Below are positions 11,541 through 23,639 of a stretch of DNA of 45,709 nt, in pieces (the stretch's first letter is position 1; each line of letters opens with the position of its first letter). The stretch is taken from assembly GCF_001194135.2 (NCBI RefSeq), contig NC_069000.1:17384198-17429906 (forward strand), written 5' to 3'. Made by a program: the position numbers and the translations under genes. The notes under the pieces are model-generated. The model did not search any database. It was not told where the DNA came from and worked only from the letters and a program-made list of their open reading frames with translations. Source of the stretch: Octopus bimaculoides (lineage: Eukaryota).

Positions 11541-11808
11541 TATATATATACATATATCATCATCATCATTTAACATCTGTTGTCAATGCTGGCATGGGTT
11601 GGATGGTTTGACCAGGGCTGGTAAGGTGAGGGGCAGCACCAGACTCCATCAGAGGTAGGAGCTCTCTGAACTTTGTCCAGCCTATTCTTATTCTCGCAGC
11701 TATGTTCTAGGAGCAGCCATCTCCACTACTGATTTGGTTACCTAGATAACAGAAGCTATCAACTACCTCTAGCTTACCCACCTGGCATTTAATGGAGTCT
11801 ATTTTTTG

Positions 11809-11871
<63 letters not shown>

Positions 11872-13298
11872 CAACCTTCACCAGTCTCCAAGTAAAGTAG
11901 TATTTCTCCATGAGTGGATAAGTTTTTACAGAAGACTGAGAATGAAGGACAATGCTTCCATGACAGTAACTATCACACAATGTCAAGTCAAGAAAACTCT
12001 CACACACACACACACACACAAACATGTATAACTATATATACATATATGTATGTGTGTATATAAACATGTATGTATGTATGTATGAGAAGAGAGGAAGGTA
12101 ACTTCATATAGGAATCTAGTTCAAATGCTTGTCACAGAGTAAATGCACCACTAACTGCACCCAAGGACCAAAGTAAAGACGACAGATTAAGTTTGTAACA
12201 TTGAGTGTGCCAAAGTAGTTTTTTGATAAAAAGAAAAAGAAACCTGAAAAGTAAGTTGAAAAGGAAAATAAAATATAATATTAATTCCACAAAAGAAGGT
12301 AAATGTGGTGGGACAAAATATATGAATAAAATAAATAATTAAATAGAAAATAGGACTTAGTTTAATTAATTCTGCAATAACTGCCTATGATTTGTTCTTA
12401 TAAAATTAGCTATTTTGATACCTAATTTTAGAAATAAGGATATCCGTTTCAAAAGTGCAAAATATTTTTTGTAACATTTAGCATTCCTGACAACTATTGT
12501 TATAACATCTGATAAAGAGAGGCCACTATGAGGTTAATGACATGCTAGAAACGGTGTCTAAATCTCTCTCAAATTACACATTGCTATCTTAAAAATGAAG
12601 GACACATTGGGTGATGTAACAGTGTTATGTCATCCAATCATCTTGTCATGGCCATCCCACCCAAGCATTGAACCTTAGGTAGGATGGTCATGATTAGAAT
12701 TCCTTTGATCGTGGTTCTGCTTGAATCAAGGCATCAACATAATTTTAGCTTGGATTTGAGACAAACATTCAGAATAAACCTCCAGCTTCTTCTTTATCTG
12801 CAATGTTGCTGCTGAGATTGCGTTGTGTATATTCATGTCTTATCAGTCTGGGAGAAGGGCCTGTTACTATAGTTGTGGGCATAGTTGTTCAGCCCCAAAA
12901 TAACCAGTAAAAAAAAGAAACCCCTTTCTATGAAACCCAGCATTCTGAGATCTAACCTCACTGCTTTTTCCTATGCACATCGTTTATGCTCTTTTTCTCA
13001 GTCCTTCTCAAATCTTCTTTCTCAGTCAGCCTGGGCCTTCATGTTTTGGTTGGTACATTTAATACCTAATCACTCTCTCCGCACATTTGTAACCCAGCCT
13101 CTCTTGCTGGTCAGTATTAAACATCAAATAGAGAATACCTATATTTTTTCCAGTTTCATGTCTGTCATGAAGACTTCACACTTATACATATTTCATGCAA
13201 TCTTACTTTCCATGTAGATTTAAACCCTTTGTTGCCAACATGGGTATCATTTGCCTGAATTTCTTTCATACTTTTTTATTTTAACTACCAATATTTGA

Positions 13299-13515
13299 GC
13301 ACTGTAAGGTGGCAAGTGGGCAGAATTGTTAGTATGCCGAGCAAAATGCTTAGAGGCATTTTTGTCCATCTTTACATTCTGAGTTCAAATTCCACCAAGG
13401 TCAACTTTGCCTTTCATCATTTTGAGATTGATAAAATAAGTATTGGCTGAGTACTGGGGTCGATGCAATCAACTTACCCCTCCCCCAAAATTGCTGGCCT
13501 GAGCCAAACTTTGAA
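13299..13515 (+). mobile_element. tRNA-headed SINE family B copy
   Basis: Similar to 15660-15878 and 20960-21090 (inverted). Flanked by the direct repeat ACCAATATTTGA (13287-13298 / 13516-13527), a probable TSD. Confidence 0.8.
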
Positions 13516-13929
13516 ACCAATATTTGAATATTGTTTCATTCTATATTTTTGTTTCTGAAGTCACTAATAATTCATATATTTTATGGGGTTTTTTCGTCAT
13601 TGCAAATTTTTTTCAAAATATGCTGTAGAAGTACCTTTTTAAAGTACAAACTATAGAGTATAGACCAGGCTGAATACTACTATAAGGTTTCAGTCCTCTG
13701 ATCAAACTCCTTTCATATCATTTATATTGTTGAAACCCCTTTGAGAGAAGCATCAATATGTCACATAATCTTATTTTCTTCCTTAACAAATATGTAGCCT
13801 TTGTATGTAAGCAAGAAATCAATATGTTTCTAATCAGCCTAATTAAATGGGCCGTATGTAACAGAATTGGTCTTATTAAAGTATGAATTAACCGCTGCTA
13901 AGATTTTAATGTCAATCACATGAGACTTT

Positions 13930-14264
13930 ATCTTTTATCTTTTACTTGTTTCAGTCATTACATTGTGGCCATACTGGGGCACTGCCTTGAAGAATGTTTA
14001 GTCGAATGAATCAACCCCAGTACTTATCTTATGGGTCTCCTTTGCCAAACTGCTTAGTTATGGGGATGTAAACACACCAACACCAGTTGTCAAGTGGTGG
14101 TAGTGGAGGAGGAAACACACACACACACAGCTTCTTTCAGTTTCTACCTACCAAATCCACTCACAAGGTTGGCCTGAGTAGAAGACACTTGCCCAAGGTG
14201 CCATGCAGTGGAACTGAACCCAGAACCATGTGGTTGGGAAGCAAACTTCTTACCACACAGCCAC
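13930..14264 (-). mobile_element. Near full-length tRNA-headed SINE family A
   Basis: Minus-strand head has A-box-like TGGCTGTGTGG and B-box-like GGTTCAGTTCC; body matches the 6840 and 32865 copies. Confidence 0.85.
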
Positions 14265-15659
14265 ACAATTTGAAATTAGAAAAAAACAACAGGTTCCCAG
14301 CAGACAATCAAACTATGGTTCAAATCTCACCAGCTGCACATTTTTTTATAATTCAAAATGTTGCTTATAATGATTTAATGTCATTCCAGTACATCATTGT
14401 CGTTATTATTCAGCATCATAATTATAATTACTACCTTCATCTTGTTGTTGTTGGTGGTAGTGGTGGTGGTGGTGGCGACATTGTTGTTGTTGCATTTGTG
14501 TTTAACATAATCATGGATGTGCCTCACCCTCAGTATCTTAGCATAATGATAGACATGTGCCACCCTCAGTATCTTAACTTCATCAGTAGTCATATTACCA
14601 TTTTCCTCTGTCAGGATCTTAGCCATGGTTTTGGAAGGACATCCACAGTTCCTGCTCCCATGTATCAGCTTTCAGATGATGACTTGGTTGACAAGCAACT
14701 CTGGGTGTCACAAACAATTCCTGGTAAGCTGTAGCTTTCTTCATACTATTTTATTAGTCAACAAGGAACGGTTGACATGGTCTAGGATGATGTTATACAA
14801 TATGTCCTTCATTTCTGAAGACTCAGTGCTAAATATTTACACTAATAATTACTTTTTTGTGCACAATCAAACAAAGTAGCCTCTACATAGTCATATGAAG
14901 TGCTGGAAATAGCAGTCAAATCTCTCTCAAATCATCACACTTTAATGTCTTAAAACAAAGAGTATATTGCATAATCTCGTCATAACTAAGAGGGTATAGT
15001 CATAACTGAAACACCTCTGGTCATAAATCCATCTCTATGAAGGACCAACTTGAGGTTACATATCAACAACAACAATATCCACCTCTACAAACAACAAAAA
15101 CAACACCAGAAACAATGCATTGGTCAACAAGAGTCCTTGTTATCTCTCCCCCCTTTTCAAAGAAGCTTCTGTGTAGCTGCTTCGCCTTCTTATAAATAAC
15201 AACCAAGTCTCCTACAAATGACAGCTTACTTCCTTAAGAAGTGGAAGGATATATTAGATAATGTAGTTCTAGACATCTCAAAAAGATGGGATGGTCATGG
15301 TTGGAATGCCTTTGATCATAGATTTGTTTAATCAGGGTTGGCTTGGCTCTGTACAACCACAACAATAACAACAATAATTTTTTTTTTGTACACTAAGAGT
15401 AAGGATGAGGCATGGTGACCCCTTTCCCCTGTACTTTCTATTATTTGAATTATTTATGGTTAGTGAATAAGCTGTAAGATCAATATCATCAGTCATTATG
15501 CCAACTGATCAATATTAGGTCTTTCTTATTGGTTAAATCAAGTTTATCATAAATAAACCAATCTGTAGTATTGATTACTTCCTTGTTCCTGTTTATCACT
15601 GAACAGCTTAGTGATTCTTTCACTGATGAGTACAGAAATTAGTGCTATTGTTCTAGTTA

Positions 15660-15878
15660 TTGTTAAGGTGGTGAGCTGGCAAAATTGTTAGCACACCAGG
15701 CAAAAGGCTTAGTGGCATTTCATCCAGTTTTACATTCTGAGTTCAAATTCTGCGAAGGTAGACTTTGCTTTACACCCTTTCAAGGTTGCTAAAATAATAC
15801 CAGTTGAGTACTGGGGTCAATGTAATCAACTTATCCCCTCCCACAAACTTGCTGGCCTTGTGCCAAAATTTGAAACCG
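15660..15878 (+). mobile_element. tRNA-headed SINE family B copy with TSD
   Basis: 11-bp direct repeat TTGTTCTAGTT at 15648-15658 and 15879-15889. Confidence 0.85.
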
Positions 15879-16160
15879 TTGTTCTAGTTGTTTGTCTCTG
15901 AGACAACCTTGATTGAGCAGACCTATGATCAAAGGCTTTCCAGTCATGACCATCACCTCTTTTTTGGTGGGGTTATGTAGGCTCCATTATGTGATGTGCT
16001 TTTTTTCTTTCTCAAGAGGATAGATTTGGCAGCTATCTCAAGTAGGTCAAGTGCAATAAAATATATGATCTGCAACTTCAACCACTGTCTTTATTCCTTG
16101 AAATCCAACACAATGACATCCACATCATCTTTCTCTTCCTCAACATAAACAACACCCATT

Positions 16161-16735
16161 ACACTTGGTGACCCTGAAGCTAAAACAAATTACTCCCTTC
16201 TTTTTCATCCTACATGCACTTTCCAGACCAAGACGTTCCTGCATCCTCTTCTTCTTCTGTGGACATGGCACTGCCTCAGGTCACAATTTCAATAAAGGTG
16301 CCGCCCTTTTGGTCTTTTGATTCGGCCCTCTGGTTCACCCGCATCAAGGTTCAGTTTGCTTCGAACCAAATAGTGAGCGATGCAACCAAGTTAACTCTTT
16401 TGATCAGTGCTCTTTTGCCAGAAATAATGATGGAGATCAGGGACTTGATTATGGCTCCATCGGGCTCAGTGTCTTATGACACTTTGTGGAGGGAACTCAT
16501 TAAGAGGACCTCCAACTCTGAACAACAGTGACTACACCAGCTTTTGATGTACAAAGAGTTGGGAGATAAAACTCCATCGAGGAACTGGCTGAGGTGGTGA
16601 ACAGAATCACTGAGGTGGCTAACCTATTTTCAACTATGGCCCAGGTAACACCTTCTCCAACTCCCTTTTCTCAGCTTTTGCTTGTGGTTGATGCATCAGA
16701 CACTGCAATCAGTGCTGTTTTACAATCTTTTCCTC
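16161..16735 (+). mobile_element. Internally deleted Gypsy/Ty3 LTR retrotransposon relic (LTR end, PBS, gag, RNase H fragment)
   Basis: gag-like IKVPPFWSFDSALWFTRIKVQF..EIRDLIMAP..YDTLWRELIKRTSNSEQQ*LHQLLMYKELGDKTPS, then RNase H-like LVVDASDTAISAVLQ, with protease and RT missing. Confidence 0.85.
16166..16177 (+). other. Primer-binding site complementary to the tRNA-Trp 3' end
   Basis: TGGTGACCCTGA vs TGGTGACCCCGA (11/12), 2 nt after an ..ACA LTR-like end and just upstream of gag. Confidence 0.7.
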
Positions 16736-16779
16736 TTACCTCCTCGGGACTCACTCAAGGCATCTTTCAAATTTGCAAT

Positions 16780-17198
16780 ATGCAAATTCTTCAACTGATA
16801 ATGCAGGATTTTCTTCAAGTAATGCCTCAAGGAGCTTATCATCAAACTCAACTGGATGCCCTGTTTAATCTTCATCTTCAAGGCTGAAATCTCCACTTCT
16901 GAATTTTGCAAACCATCTTCTGCAAGTTCTTTCATTCAAGCATTCTTTCCCATAAACTGAGTGTATGTTTTGAGTCACTTCGGCTGCACAGTTTCCTTTT
17001 TTGTACTCATAAAGCATTATGTGCCTCAAATGCTCTTTGGATACTTCCATGTTAGAAAGGGTTTTAATCAAATAAATTTTAATTCTAATATTCTGTAAAA
17101 TAATATTTAATTCCATTAGACATTCTAAAATACTATTAAATTTCATTCAATTTAAAAAAAAAGGTAAAATCAGACAAAACTTATGGGATGACCTGATA
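16780..17198 (-). mobile_element. Mariner (Mos1/SETMAR-like) transposon 5' fragment: TIR plus N-terminal HTH, pseudogenised
   Basis: ATG at 17050: MEVSKEHLRHIMLYEYKKGNCAAEVTQNIHSVYGKECLNERTCRRWFAKFRSGDFSLEDED*TGHPVEFDDKLLEALLEENP. TIR TA-TCAGGTCATCCCATAAG at 17198-17180. Confidence 0.9.
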
Positions 17199-17210
17199 TA
17201 TATATATATA

Positions 17211-17549
17211 GGTTATGAGAGGTAATGGTGTCAGTAAGACCCAAAGGTGTCTGGCAATGGTGAGTAAGTGCTATGGACAGACTATAGTTAAGCTCCAGGT
17301 TCAGTGATTATGCGCAAGGCATACATATAAGATTCTTGTACCTTGTGAGTAAGTTCCAATAGTATTTAATGACCAATTTTAAATATTATTTTAAATACTA
17401 TTGGAACTTATTCACAAGGTACAAGAATCTTATATGTATACCTTGCGCATAATCACTGAACCTGGAGCTTAACTATAGTCTGTCCATAGCATTTACTCAG
17501 CATTACCAGACACCTTTGGGTCTTATTGACACTATTACCTCTCATAACC
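17211..17549. repeat. Long inverted repeat with 159-bp arms and a 21-nt spacer, embedded in (TA)n
   Basis: Arms 17211-17369 and 17391-17549 are complementary at 152/159 positions with no indels. Confidence 0.95.
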
Positions 17550-17550
17550 T

Positions 17551-17587
<37 letters not shown>

Positions 17588-17818
17588 TGTTTATATATAT
17601 ATATATAGTGTAGGTATCAGTTAGAGGGGTTTAGTACCTCTAAGGGATAATTAAATCCCAAGTTGCTCCTGGTTGTTACCTGGGTAGGTACAGTCTTTTG
17701 TAAGGTTGTACGCTAGCAAGAACAAAATTTTAAGTAAGAATTACCAATTTTGTTTACATTACCATTACATATATATCAATTATTTTCGCATCGTAACTGA
17801 TGCATCTATCTATATTCA

Positions 17819-17867
17819 CATTCTGAAGAGATTTACTTAAACCAGTAAATTGAAACAATCCTAAATG
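17819..17867 (+). ncRNA. Type I hammerhead-ribozyme-like motif with intact core and eroded stem III
   Basis: CATT-CTGAAGA-GATTTACT(TAAACC)AGTAAATT-GAA-ACAATCCT-A-AATG. Stem I 4 bp, stem II 8 bp, CUA triplet. Confidence 0.55.
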
Positions 17868-17950
17868 CTTCTTCCTTCTTTGTTATCTAATTAATTAAAG
17901 ACATACCAGCGAAAACCATGAGTTTCCCAATGTTATTATATCCATTTTCT

Positions 17951-17981
<31 letters not shown>

Positions 17982-19202
17982 GATATATACATACATATAC
18001 ATATACAATATCATCATCATCGTTTGCCCCAGTTTTTTTTTAAAAAAACAAGAAATATTCTATCATTCTTTGTTAATTACATTTTCCCAAAATTTTACTC
18101 TCTCAGCCGAGGGNNNNNNNNNNNNNNNNNNNNNNNNNNNNNNNNNNNNNNNNNNNNNNNNNNNNNNNNNNNNNNNNNNNNNNNNNNNNNNNNNNNNNNN
18201 NNNNNNNNNNNNNNNNNNNNNNNNNNNNNNNNNNNNNNNNNNNNNNNNNNNNNNNNNNNNNNNNNNNNNNNNNNNNNNNNNNNNNNNNNNNNNNNNNNNN
18301 NNNNNNNNNNNNNNNNNNNNNNNNNNNNNNNNNNNNNNNNNNNNNNNNNNNNNNNNNNNNNNNNNNNNNNNNNNNNNNNNNNNNNNNNNNNNNNNNNNNN
18401 NNNNNNNNNNNNNNNNNNNNNNNNNNNNNNNNNNNNNNNNNNNNNNNNNNNNNNNNNNNNNNNNNNNNNNNNNNNNNNNNNNNNNNNNNNNNNNNNNNNN
18501 NNNNNNNNNNNNNNNNNNNNNNNNNNNNNNNNNNNNNNNNNNNNNNNNNNNNNNNNNNNNNNNNNNNNNNNNNNNNNNNNNNNNNNNNNNNNNNNNNNNN
18601 NNNNNNNNNNNNNNNNATATATATATATATATATAATACATATATGAGCATGAACGTGTGCGTGTGTGAATGTTCTATTTTTAATTGTTCACAGTTATTT
18701 TAAATTATAGTTATTTAAACATTTTGTGTACGTATCATGTATATTGTTGCAATATAATATAAATTATATACGTAATTAAACAGCAGCAACAAAACTGAAT
18801 ATTATAAATCAATTCAGTTGACATATTAATATAACGGTTATGCTTCGTATAGGATATTAGCACATAATTGAGACGGAAGAAATTGCAAAAAGTTTAACAA
18901 GGGGTCTAAGGGAGATAATTGCTCACTACATATTTATTTACGAAACGCCTTTACTTCACAGTCTTTGTCGGCAACATGGGTTGTGTCGGAGGAAAATATC
19001 AACCCCCGCACCACCACCACCACCACAATCATCATCCTCATCATCATCGTCGTCATTACTATCAAATTCTTGAAAAAAGCGCATAATGTGTGCGTGTATG
19101 TGAGCTTCTAAAAACATACCGCACACGCACGCACACAGACACTCGCGTGTGTGTATCTGGTTCAAATACACAAAAACAAAAAAAAGACCGACATGTAAGG
19201 GA

Positions 19203-19290
19203 ACAACAAACAAGGTGTATTAGTTCGACGCTCAGGAATAATGGAAAAGTCTTGGACGTTTGAAGCCTACGCTATTCACCAGAAAGGAAT
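19203..19290. mobile_element. Decayed second copy of the 6105-6225 repeat; hammerhead core damaged
   Basis: ACAACAAAC..GTGTATTAGTT..AAAAGTCTT..ACGTTT..AGCCTACGCT.TTCA.CAGAAAGGAAT. The core reads CTGGTGA..CAAA on the minus strand. Confidence 0.65.
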
Positions 19291-19515
19291 GAGGAATGTA
19301 TGAAGCAGGGTGGTTGAATATCTATGTGTGAGGTTTTCTTTTTTACCCTGGCTTTTGTCATAAGTAACTAGAAGGTTATAGTATCAAGAAGACCATCAAA
19401 TACTGCCTACAAAAATCATGTCAAAGTAACGCCAGCTTGGAAAAGCAAATGTAAAAACGATGATTGATGGTGTTGCATACATACACACATACGTACATGT
19501 GTGAGTGTCTGTACA

Positions 19516-19723
19516 CAGCCTTGGCCAAAAGTATTAGGCCACCCCAATGTTTTGGGGGTTCTGCTGTCTCAATGTTAAAGAAATTCCACCATGTGCTCGA
19601 GTTTCATTAACATTGAGACAGCAGAACCCCAAAACATTGGGGTGGCCTAATACTTTGGCCAAGGCTATATATATATATATATATATATAGCCTTGGCCAA
19701 AGTATTAGGCCACCCCAATGTTT
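19516..19723. mobile_element. Tc1-like MITE (about 62-bp TIRs, 19516-19666) plus a third partial TIR copy (19689-19723)
   Basis: CAGCCTTGGCCAAAAGTATTAGGCCACCCC resembles Tc1 termini; TA-repeat flanks. Confidence 0.85.
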
Positions 19724-21229
19724 ATATATATAGGGAGAATTCACGAAAAAACAACAGACGAAGACAGGTGGTGTAAACAACAAATGGATAAAATAAGCAA
19801 CAAGGATATCCAGAAGTAATGCAGTATGATCATTTCATGCAACTCCATTTAATTGAACAATGCAATCATTGCATCAATTTAAAATACAGAGCAATCTTCA
19901 GCTGCACAAAGACATAGAATTTAATTAAATTAGAACAGATAGACACATTAGTATAACTATACCTAAAATCTCCAAGAAGTTAAAGAGATAGACAAAAAAC
20001 ATGCTGTTTCACTCCAGTTTAGAAAGTTGGGAAAGAAACCAGTTACATTAAGTTTATATGTTGATTGAATACATGTACTATCTTACCTCATAGTTACTTT
20101 CATCAGGCCATATGAGTTAGAGAGAGAGAGAGTATGTGTGTGTACCCTCATCTAGACATCATGTGTGCATTTGACTTTGAATTAGGATACTAAGTTCAGG
20201 TGAGTGAACGGGAGCTGTCAGCCCAGAAAATACTGTGTATATGGTCAGCACTGAATTAGCTGGAGAGTTATTTCAAAGCATTTCATAGAAGATAAAACCA
20301 ACCAACCCCCTTGAGGTTCATTCTATCTTTTTGATCTCTTTTTTTTAAGTGTTAGGAACAGACTACTACTTTCAAAAATCTCGCACATCCGCCTTTGAGC
20401 CTAATGAGGTTGACATGGCTGATATTTAGAAGTAAAAATATAAAGAGGGAGGGAATTAAAATTACAAGTTTGAGAGGCAGGGCTGAAGAAATGTTTGTTT
20501 GCTATAAGGTTTGTGGAGTGAGACACAGCAGAAGTGATAAGGTGAAGCAGAGTGGTTTTCAGAGTTTGCAATTTTAGAGATGTGAAGATCACAGAAGAAA
20601 TGGAAGGAAAAGAAAATACATATGTAGGTTACTGCTTCCTGCATATTGGTAACTAAAAGATTGCCTATCTGTTGGATGACATCATCATCATTTGCCTCTT
20701 CCTTTACCGACATCCTAACCATTATAGTTATCTATTAAGCATTTCACATCCTTGGTTTGTCCCTACTCAATAAGTGCATCAACTCTTTAGTGTTTGGCAC
20801 TTCTTTTTTTTTCACAACCATCAGATTACAAACAGCTCCTCACAAATGCAGGTTCAAGAGATGGTTGTGATTTGTAAAACATTTTGAGTAGGAACTAGAA
20901 AGAGAAGTATGAACACGTAATGTGCATGAACTCATAAAACAGAAGAGAAGAATAAAAATTGGTCCCTTATTTATCAGCACTGAAAAGATGAAAGGCGAAG
21001 CTGACCTTGGCAGAAATTGAACTCAGAATGCAGAGAGCTGGAACATATACCCACAAAGTATTTAATCTGCTGCCCTAATGACTAACAGTTTAACACTTTT
21101 TTTGTTTTTGAGATACACCTGTAGTATCCCAAATGTAAGAACACTGCTCTAATTTTAAGGAGTTCACTGTTAAGCCAACTATCAGTATCAGATCCTCCTG
21201 TGCTTTTGAGCACATTAGGTAGCATGTTG

Positions 21230-21390
21230 ATGTCACAGGATTCTGTTGGCTGTAGTTTTTCTCTACATCCACACATGCAATATTGGCCTTTCTCATGTCA
21301 GTTATGAATATTCTGCACTATGTTTTCGGCCTACCTCTCTTTCTTTTTCCTTCTGATGGTGTCCATTTGAAAGTTGTTTTAAGGCAATTA
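21230..21390 (-). mobile_element. RTE LINE 3' fragment
   Basis: Minus-strand translation KWTPSEGKRKRGRPKT*CRIFITDMRK matches the RTE C-terminal motif. Confidence 0.7.
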
Positions 21391-23639
21391 CAGCTATCAA
21401 AACACCCAGCCTCATTGGTGATCTCTCCTAAAACTCTCACAATTACAAATGACTTCTCTTTCTAGCAATCTCACAATCACTAATGATCTCTCATACAATC
21501 TCACCAATCCTGGTGATTTCTCCTATTTCGCACTAACAACAATAAACTGTGACCCCAGAGCTATCCTTCTTTTTGGCTAGAAAATACTTAGACTTCTAAC
21601 AGGTATTAACTCTCTACAAAGCACAACTCCACACTGCAATGCTGCTCTTACTTCTAGGATAGCGTTGCTGCTGTTACACCTATGAACATCCCGATTCATA
21701 ACCAATAAAAAGACATTTTACTTATAGACACTGGATCACTCGCCAATTCAAACTTTAACCCATAGATGCACAGTGTCCTTACTCTAATTTTCCAACTACA
21801 TGTATAATGACATCTACATCTTGGAGTTAGTTGGCTGCACACCACCATAAAACAGCTGATACCTTGACCTCTTTTCCTCTTGTCACCTATATTGCACACT
21901 CTCTCTAACTCCACACTCTGGAATTTCTTCTCTACCAATATTTTTCATCCAATCATTGACTTAAACCAGCCACATCCAGCACAAATATTCTTCCATGTTT
22001 TATGTTAAAACCAGCCAGTTCTGGCCTCTTACATCTAGCCTACAATATCATTCTAAAAATATACAATTACACCACTGAAATCTCAAAGCTACGAGATAAT
22101 GCATGATTAATTCAAAACAACGTGGATAAATAAGCATTACATCTGACAGAGTGATGTGAACGTTAAAGATTTATGGTGATCATTAATTGCATTAATCTCT
22201 TGGTCTCAGGAAAGTGGGTGCCATGGAGTGTGTGAAGAATATCTGCACACCAGTTTCTTTCCATCTAAACTGTTACAAAAGATAAATAAATAAAGTCAGC
22301 AATTGTTCAAAGATGGAGTACTCACTCTTATAATCAAGAAGTAGTTTTTTTAACTTTTGGGATGTAATCACTGCTGTGTAGTATGATCTCCATAAAAGAG
22401 GTAACAGCTACCAGTGTCACAATGTCAACTGTTTAAGATGCAGTGCAAATGAAAGTTGAGTGGTTAAGAAGTTTATTTCACATCTACATGGTTTTGATTT
22501 CAATCCCACTGCATGACACCTTTAGAAAATGTCCTCTACCATAGCCTTGACCAAAGTCTTGTGAGTGAAATTTGCTTGGTAGAAACTGGTATGGAAGCAT
22601 GTAAAAAGCAACCTGGTTTAATATCACATCCTGGTTGAATGTGCTTTCAATAGAATTCACTGTTTAAAGATTTGGTTCATGATTTTGATCTGGGGATAAC
22701 TTCCTTCCTTCTTCTAATCAGGTATCAGACACTCTGAAAAGAAGATATCTGCCTTTGCCTTGTGGTTTGACTCACAATATTTCAGCTACATGTCACTCAA
22801 ACTCAAATATAGTAGTGTTTATTTAGGAACAACAAAGGTAACTGGGGGAATCCATTACTAAGTCAATGACACTAGTTTAGGGCTGAGAGCAAAAGAAAGT
22901 AACATTCACTGCTAATAATCATAAAATATGACGAATTCTGTACACTGATAGGAAGGCTGTAGTTATCCATGGGTTCATGAAGTAACATAATGGAAGCTGA
23001 CGGGAGGAGAAAATACTGTACTTTGTGGTGAATCTGATTCAGTGTTCGAAACCATCACAAGAGAGAGCAATGCTTCTCCCACTCTTTGTGCCTGTACGCG
23101 CGCGCGCGTTTATATATGGATGGATGTACGGATATATGTCGATGTATACAAACACATGTAAAAAAAAAATTAATAAAAAGATTTTTTATGCATCAAGTTT
23201 GAAATAGTATCCGCACATGGGTTTAGTTGTGATGACTAAAACAAATTAATATAGTCACTAATTGCACTCTAAAATAATGTTACATGACATAATTCAACTA
23301 TAAATACATTTAAACTCATTTTGTTTATCGTCTTTCCAGTTGTTTTACTGTTATATTAGCTATCACACACACACACACATATACTTGATAATATTTTGTT
23401 GCCCCTTAGATCTTCCTTACCATACAACTATAATACAGTCGTTTTTAATTTATTTTCCTATACTTTCACTACAAACGGATTTTCTTAATTGTTTCTTGTT
23501 GAATGTTAGTATTACATTCTGTCTATATTCACGAACAAGTATGCGGTTATACTTCTTTTATTCTCTCATTCCGATATTCAGTCTTGCAGTTTCTCTATTT
23601 AATATACTGAAACCTTTATTCTGAAGCCAACTGTTATTC

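Noticed and set aside
14087-14734. 215-aa ORF
   Set aside because: Runs through a SINE and simple repeats; no coherent protein signal.
15623-15645. CTGATGA-GTACA-GAAA hammerhead-like core
   Set aside because: Neither stem I nor stem II can form around it.
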